In this document: in pieces, positions 56,817 to 64,000 of the stretch | Layout of the letters: each line of letters opens with the position of its first letter | Numbering within the stretch: the stretch's first letter is position 1 | Source of the DNA: Schmidtea polychroa | Lineage: Eukaryota | Assembly: GCA_044892525.1 (NCBI GenBank) | Contig: CM097885.1 | Span: forward strand, 236,718,001-236,782,000 | Reading direction: 5' to 3' | DNA length: 64,000 nucleotides | Made by a program: the position numbers and the translations under genes | The notes under the pieces: model-generated | Database searches by the model: none | Told to the model about the DNA's origin: nothing | What the model saw: only the letters and a program-made list of their open reading frames with translations

Positions 56817-58728
56817 AATTAGTTTGAGGTTTACTATTTTTTTGAGATTTCATTTCATTTTAAGAGAAATAATAACTGATTTAAAAATATTAAAATATAT
56901 AAATAAAAAAAATAATTATTTATACATAGATCAAGTAGTAATGATCATCAATTACCTCCGGTATAATTAGCTCCAATTTCCTAATCAGCAAATTAGCGAA
57001 ATCATGTGGAGATTTCTCCGCTAACAATCGGACATGAGTCGTTTTAAATTTCCTTAAATAAAAAAATTCTTAAATTCAACTATTAAAAACTAAAATATAG
57101 ATAACAAAAAATAAAACAACATTTGATTAAGTGTCTAGTGTTTTTTTAATAAGGTTACGATAGATTTACTTCATCAAAATTATATCTTTGTCTGTTTGTC
57201 AGATTCAAAATTAGGTAATCCTATCCTTAAAGAGGGAGAGAGATAGAGAGAAAGAACGACGAAACCGCATTGATTTCTAGATAGATTCCCCAATGAATAG
57301 TCTACGCAGAACAGCATTCAATTAGCGCAAAAAGCGGCGAAATCAAAGAAGATATTGTCATCTTTTGTCGCTGCCACGCATACATTCATTCATCCTCCTT
57401 CGATAGAAATTATACATCCATATATATTATTTATTAATTTTCATATAATTACTTGCCGCAATACTTTAAGTTAATGCTTACAAAAGCATATAAGATATTA
57501 ATATCAACATAGAAAATAGTCGGAATTGTGATACAGGTAATCTTTGTGTTTATTCTATTGAAAAATTTGTTTAGAATACAATTGAATTATCATTGAATAA
57601 ATTCTTTATTTTAAATAAAAACTATCCACTCCACTTTCCATTGGTATACGCATTGTTGTTGCTTTCAGTATTTAAAAAAAAATATTTTCATTATAAAAAA
57701 GTTTAAAAAAATGAAACCATCTTTAGTTTTAATTGAAAATAAATGAATTAAATTTTTTGTTTTAATAAATGATCGGTAAAAAAAATTCCTTTAATTATCA
57801 ATAATTTTGTTTCTCTTTGGTTCAATATCAATAAATTTACCATTAATTAAATTTTATTAATTAATTAATGAAGAGGATTGAGAATTAATAGATATTATTG
57901 ATGGTTTAGTTGAAATTCTTTAATTGGTTTAAGTTCAACACTCAATGAAAATGGATATTTTCCCCTTCATTTATTGATAATTATAGATAACTTAATGAAA
58001 ATAATTTTTTTATTATAGTTCGTGGAGATTTAATTGAAAATGGTTTGAATTAATTTCATATTTGATAATGGAACCAAATTCAAAGTGGAGTAAAGTCTAA
58101 ATAGAAAGTTATATTTTCCCTAATTTATAAGTAGTATGTTTTCATAATTATTATTAATGAATTATTATTATGTTTAACATAATAAAATTTGGAGAAAGAA
58201 ATTTTTTTTTAATAAACAGAATTCCTTACCCGAAATCATTTGTGGATTTTGAATGATTATTTGGGAAAAAATTTGGCAGATATTGAGAAAGGATTTGAGC
58301 GATTTTTCCTTGAATGGAATCGAAAATTGATTTCAACAGATTTGGTCGATTGATTAGATCGTGAAAATTTTTCAGTTTGTCTTTGATAATATTTCTGTCG
58401 GATTTTTCTGTGTAACATTTTATGGAACTGGAATTGTAATGTTTGAGAAAGGTTTTGTGAATGTCTTTGGCTAATAGATATGACGAGTTTAATGATCTGT
58501 CATTGAAATGAGCTTTGAAATTTCTGCATGCCAACCAGAACTGGAGCAAATTTTGTGTGCATGAATTTGGGGAAATTTTCGACCGATTTGTGATTGATTC
58601 TCTGAAATTTATTAGAGTTTATTTGGAGGGGAAAAAATTTCTTTTAATTAAATTTAATTTAATCAATAATTAATTATTACTCACTGTAATGTTACTGGTT
58701 CCTGTGTTGGGTTTATCAGTAATGTCAT
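51297..58728 (-). CDS. axin: Axin-like scaffold gene, six predicted coding exons, 271 aa, no DIX domain found
   Basis: Exons 58728-58685, 58601-58230, 57052-56956, 51714-51541, 51477-51413 and 51360-51297 join through GT-AG introns with consistent phases (2,2,0,0,2) into 816 nt. The RGS, GSK3-binding and beta-catenin-binding motifs are in Axin order. Confidence 0.85.
51413..51477 (-). CDS. axin: Axin-like exon 5: DKFNLSFRTSADPWILFPNYK
   Basis: Acceptor GTTTTACAG after a 63-nt intron, donor GTAAAT. An alternative acceptor at 51454 is possible. Confidence 0.55.
51541..51714 (-). CDS. axin: Axin-like exon 4, beta-catenin-binding motif
   Basis: Acceptor TTTCAG, donor GTAATT, 58 open codons including DPQEILDYHCKRVW (matches the Axin P..ILD.H..RV motif). 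Confidence 0.88.
54883..55099. mobile_element. Tc1/mariner MITE in Axin-like intron 3
   Basis: TIRs CCGTATTAGCCCGAATATAACGCGAC and GTCGCGTCATATTTGGGCTAATACGG, with TA on both flanks. Confidence 0.85.
56956..57052 (-). CDS. axin: Axin-like exon 3, GSK3-binding motif
   Basis: Acceptor TTTAAG, donor GAG|GTAATT. Encodes KFKTTHVRLLAEKSPHDFANLLIRKLELIIPE (compare human AXIN1 PQKFAEELIHRLE). Confidence 0.88.
57333..57350 (-). promoter_or_regulatory. Candidate intronic TCF plus Helper-like site
   Basis: Minus strand TTCTTTGATTTCGCCGCT, inside a less AT-rich island (about 57230-57410) of intron 2. Confidence 0.5.
58230..58601 (-). CDS. axin: Axin-like exon 2, RGS domain (helix 4 onward)
   Basis: LLQFWLACRNFK..LAKDIHKTFL..IFDSIQGKIAQILSQYLPNFF. 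Acceptor TTTCAG, donor GTAAGG. Confidence 0.88.
58685..58728 (-). CDS. axin: Axin-like exon 1: MTLLINPTQEPVTL
   Basis: ATG in ACAATG context and donor GTGAGT. Phase 2 matches exon 2 across an 83-nt intron. Confidence 0.6.
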
Positions 58729-58787
58729 TGTGTTGAACAATCGAGTAATTAATACAAAATTATAGTAAATCCAAACTAACCTGTCGG

Positions 58788-58913
58788 TATATATAGAGAG
58801 TAGTTAGTTCACAATGTCAACCGTTTAAAAACAATACAATCCTTACCATATTCTGATTGGCTGCAATCAAATATGCAAATCAGGTATGCATGTAGTCTGT
58901 GGTCATTGAGTCA
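58788..58913 (-). promoter_or_regulatory. Putative core and proximal promoter of the Axin-like gene
   Basis: TATATATA 58788-58795, AGCCAATCAG (NF-Y) 58853-58862, octamer ATTTGCAT 58873-58880 and AP-1 TGACTCA 58907-58913, in canonical order upstream of the ATG. Confidence 0.6.
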
Positions 58914-59407
58914 TATGCATGTATTGGACGATTATTATGCCATTGTAGAGTTTGATGTGTTTTCTAAAACGCTTATGCACACTTAACGAGCGCGACTGGC
59001 GTAAAAAGAGATCTGGAATTTTTTTATTGACAATATGTCAAACATTTTATCAGGCGTTTTGAATTTAAAATAAGGCGGAGTATTATTTAATTTAATGTTT
59101 GTATTTAATCGGTACCGTTTTTTTTCTATTTGATGAAAATATTTGAATAAAAAATTTGAGTGAAATTATTTCGGCAAATAATAATATATTAACCCAATTG
59201 CAGGAGAATATTTATTTCACTTAGATTTCGGTGACAAATATTTTTTTGAATAAATTTTATTTCATTAATAATATGTGAATATATGAATTTTTGTTAAATG
59301 ATAAATTATTATTTGCTTTCAAATGTGTGGGTAAATTGGGTTATGTTCAAATGTGATTACAAGGTCACTGGATTCGATTTCTGATTGGATCGAGTTTCTT
59401 ATATGGC

Positions 59408-59440
59408 ATTGAGGAGTTAAATAATCTCGAAACTAGTCTG
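59408..59440 (+). ncRNA. Degenerate hammerhead-family motif (copy D)
   Basis: ATTGAGGAGTTAAATAATCTCGAAACTAGTCTG. It shares upstream GTTT..TTATATG and downstream AAATTGCA flanks with copies B and C. Confidence 0.4.
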
Positions 59441-62400
59441 ATTTCAGAAATTGCATTAAATGTGACAAAACTCTTCTACTATATTATTTACAAAAATTTT
59501 GACAAAGTAGAGAATATTTTGACCTCGAATTTGTTTACAGATTCCTCATTGTAAATTATCTTCTTATTACAGGTATTTTTAACCATAAAAATACTATACC
59601 AATTTCTATATTTATGTAACTACAGAATTATGTAATTTATTAAATTTCAGAACAATAAGATTAATCATCTGTTGAATGAATTCTGATTGGTCTATGAATA
59701 ATATTTGAATTTCATTGGATACATTTTTAAGTATAATTAATGTTATCGATTACGAAATTAGTTTTTATATTAAAAACCCGAAATTTAATTAGTAACTGAA
59801 TAATTAGAATTTTACGATAATAAAGTTCAGTTTTTGAATATTATTTTCTCGTTTCTAGTACAAATTTATTCTCAAAATTTTCCATTGAAAATTTACATTT
59901 CGAATAATAATTTAATCCAACAGAGTTTCATTTTTATTTGTGAAAGATATAAAACTAGTTGACTAAAAAATATAAATGACTCAAAAATTCGGCAGTCTCT
60001 TTCAACTTATTCAAAAACGCTCCTTTGTAGTTTTCCAAATAATTTGTTTTTATTATAATAAATTAACAGAAATAAAAAAAATTGTAAGCATTTTCCATTT
60101 TAGTTGTAATCACAGTTTAACTGAACTTTTACATGAATAATAAAAAAATATATAAACACCTTTCATTAATATTATTCACTTTCACCAATGATTGAAAATA
60201 GTATAATTTCTTCAATGTATTATTAGACAACAATATTTCAATATAATTTTGTTATCCCTAAGAATTTTATTGTTCTTTAAAAACATTTGTAAATTAGTAG
60301 AATGACGCATTTATTTAATTGCTAATTATTAATTTATATAATTATAATTGACAACGTATGATTGTACAATATGATGAATGAATAAGTTATGATGGATTAC
60401 TCAAACATCAAAACAATATTATTAAGTTAACTCCAGTACCTGAATATCTCGTTGCACTATAAATGAGAACATCAGCGTGAAATCAACGTAAGTATGTATG
60501 TTTCTATAATGTAAGATTATGGATTTTTTTCTTATATTATAGGAAACTATCTACACACACCGATTCATTATGGAAATAAAAATATGGAAATAAAATCATC
60601 ATTTATTTTATGTTTTACGAAAGGTTGATTTAGAAACATAAATAATTAGTTTTTTGGAAGAGTTGGAAAGCCTTAAATTTAGTCTCCTTTTTAAATTTTC
60701 TATGGTTTTGCCGTAGAGTTTACTATTTAAAATCTTATAGTAATTTTTATATAATTAATTAATGGATTGTTCTTCAAAACCCGGGAAAGATTTGTTATAT
60801 TGCAAAGAGAAATTTTCTAAATTAATATTTCCGTTTGATACCCAATTTTTAGAAAAGTAATTATTTGTTTCTTTTACAAAATTCAACTGGATTCTTAATG
60901 TTATTGATTATTTTTAATTTTAAACAATTTTCTATAGCGATAATTCACCAAGGTAAATTATAGCTATATAGTTTTTTTTAATAAAAAAGATAAGTAAAAA
61001 AACAAATTCTTCTCCACGTGCAACGTGTGAGATTGTAATTTACATTTAAGCCATATAACTAACAAAAGATAAAAAATAAGATATTACAATACATTACAAT
61101 CTGGAAGGGTTATTATGATCACTGTGCGATGGATCCCGTGCATAATACTACTAATGTACAATAATTACATCATTACTATAAAATGGGAAGTTATGTATTG
61201 TGTAATTGTGATATTATTATGTTAATATTACATAATATTTACAGCATTCGAATAACGATCGTAGTTATAGTGTAACAGCTGTGAATCATCGCATCATCAT
61301 TACATGCATTTGTTATATTGAACTATTTTGTAAATATTACGCAACCTCTGGGGTTTATACCTGGCTGAGACACATTCTGCTACTTATGACTATTTTGCCC
61401 AATATCATGGTAATGATAGTCTTCTTAATGAGTGGGCCACACAAGACAATATCAACATAGTTTAAAGAAATTTATCCTCGAAATATCTACTCAGATGAAT
61501 TTCATTTTTCATTTGTTTTTTTAATTAGAATATTTTTTATCAATGTTCATTAAAAATTATTATAATTTATTTATATTTAATATGTCATATGAATATTTTG
61601 TTATCCAAATTTGCCGAATTGTTAAAGAAAACATATAATTGTATTATTTAATATAATAAAATTTGATTAAACAATTTATTAATTTTTTTCAAATTTTTGT
61701 TTTAATTATGAATTATAAATAATTTTAATTAATTGAAAATTATTGAAATGGCTTCCTAATTTATCATTTTTCTATAATTTCGATAGCGGTTTATTAATCC
61801 TATTTTACGAATCATTTTAAACACATTTTTAACAATCACCTGTCATTATCTTTGACAAATGATTGACAGATTCCCGAATAATGAAAATTTATCAGGAAAC
61901 AATTTTATGTTTCTACATATTTAATTCATGTTCAAAACTCATAAATCAAATATTATTTTATTATTATTTTATCCAATCAATTTCGGCTTAATTCATTGTT
62001 CGACGCCACTATAGAATATACAATTTTCAATGGGAGCAGATTACAAGCATACATATTTCAAGGCATCTGGATTATGTTGCTCCATACAACGTTACATTTT
62101 CCTGTTTCAATTGAAGGTTGATAAAAAATTATCAAAGCGAATTCTAATTGAAACCGTTTGGTATCAATAGGAAAAATTAAAGTTTATTTACCATATCGTA
62201 TTAACATTAACTAATAATGGCCAAACTGGATCCAAGACTATTAAAATATTTTTAATTGCCAATAAAATATTTATTTGCCTGGAAATACATCTTATCGACA
62301 ACGAGTCTTCTGGCAATATTGTTTATGACTTTCTTTGTCGATGGATTTGACTGACCAATCTCGGGAGAATTCAGGGTGTAATTTTTATTCATTCGTTTGA

Positions 62401-64000
62401 TTACATTATTTCAGGAATTATTCCTCAGTTTTTTTTATTATTGATACAATTTATTAATATATAATATACATATTTGTTTTGTCACTGTATAAATATCATT
62501 GTATATTCTGTTAAAAATGTCAATGGGAAAATATTTCTTGAAAATTTCTTTTATTTGAATAAATTTTTTTAAATTGACAGTTAGAATTTTTCGATATTAT
62601 TTAATGAATATAAAATTTTATATTCAACTTTCTTCTTAAATGTAACGTTGTTATAAAATTTAACTGAATATAACAATTATAATTGTCAGTTTTTCTTTTA
62701 ATAATTTCTTAAAATTTTAGAAACTTTCATTTAAATTTAAAATGTTTTAACTAGCAATTTATGACAAATAAAATACAGAATTAATTTGCTAATATTTATA
62801 TGTGTTCACCAAAAAAATTATTTTTATACGATTAAGAATTTAAAACAAAGAATTTATTAGATTTTATCAATATTCAAAGCCGTTTCTGTGTAGATGCGCC
62901 ATGATCCCAAATTAGTAAGAAATAAATTAAATTTTAGCTTTTATAAAACAATAACTACAGTAAATTGTAAGTGTAGCAATGTTCTCCCTAAGATATGAAG
63001 GTTTGTCAACACTAAGTGGGATGTACTAAGCAAGCTTAAAAATAATCTCTTCGAAGTTTGACATTCATTTTATAACGTATCTAACCATTTTAAGTTTTTC
63101 GAAATAAGTTTCTTGTTGATAGATTGCCTAAGGAAATCACTGATTCTGAACTCCTAAATTTTCGATAGAAATCATTAGGAAATTTTAATACGTTTAAAAT
63201 ACTTGAGAAATAAAAAATCAATTGTTAAAAATATTTAGATTTTTCCTCATTTATTGTATAAATTTACATGTAATGGGTACAATTCACATACAATTGAGGG
63301 ATTCCTCGTCAGCTCTGCAGATGAATTTAAGAACATCACTTATTGACATCTTAAAATAATATTATTGAGCATCGAAAAATTTGTAAAGAAACAACATATT
63401 TCAATAATTTTCCAATTGAGTAGCAAAAATGCATCAATATATTTACTGATTTATAGTCAAGCTTGTTAATAAATACAATGTCAATTGAAAATAAATCAGT
63501 GGTGAAATTTGGAAAAAGTTCTTATAAAACTTTAATAATTATTATATGAGACAATTATGATTAAATTACATTCCCTACAATTAATATTCAATCACCAATG
63601 AATTTATTAAGATTATTTAATTCAGTAAATCATAACTATTGCACTATTAATGTTTTCCATATATACTATTCGATACTAATTAATTTCTTTTAAATATATT
63701 TCTATTATTTAGCGTTTTAGTTGATTTAATAAATTAAATGGATAATTAAAATTATTGCAAATTAAATTAAGTTGTAAAATTAGTTGTAAAAAACAACTTT
63801 TCAAATAACCTTCAAACCCATACCACGAAATTAATATTGTATTGCAGTTAAATAGCAATATTCCTTAAATGTATTTTTTCATACTCTAATAAAAAGAATT
63901 AAATCTTATCAGGTTGTTATCCTACTTACCGAAACACAATCTACAGAAGACTCCAAAATCAGCTTGATGTTTTGTAAGGTTTGTTGTCCCATTATCTCGT

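Noticed and set aside
59320..59385. tRNA/SINE-like B-box (GGATTCGATTTC) upstream of hammerhead copy D; similar at about 35845
   Set aside because: No cloverleaf or clear A-box, so it is too degenerate to call.

Overview
This is very AT-rich eukaryotic DNA with many (TAA)n and (TA)n microsatellites and 50-85 nt GT-AG introns. The style suggests an invertebrate such as a planarian flatworm, but that is inference. The one host gene I can support is a six-exon Axin-like gene on the minus strand (51297-58728), which I spliced by hand into a 271-aa ORF. It has a partial RGS domain, a GSK3-binding motif (PHDFANLLIRKLE) and a beta-catenin-binding motif (DPQEILDYHCKRVW). It has no recognisable DIX domain and ends in a beta-catenin-degron-like tail (DSAFTSSCSS). 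TATA, CCAAT, octamer and AP-1 motifs lie just upstream. TCF sites paired with GC 'Helper'-like motifs occur in intron 2 and at two distal downstream positions. The rest is transposon-rich. A young Ty3/Gypsy element (7861-12777; LTRs identical by eye, intact gag, disrupted pol) sits inside a hAT MITE and carries another hAT MITE in its 5' LTR. There are also two Penelope-like relics, two hAT transposase relics, MITEs of piggyBac, Tc1/mariner, hAT, Mutator and Merlin type, and four degenerate minimal hammerhead-ribozyme motifs.
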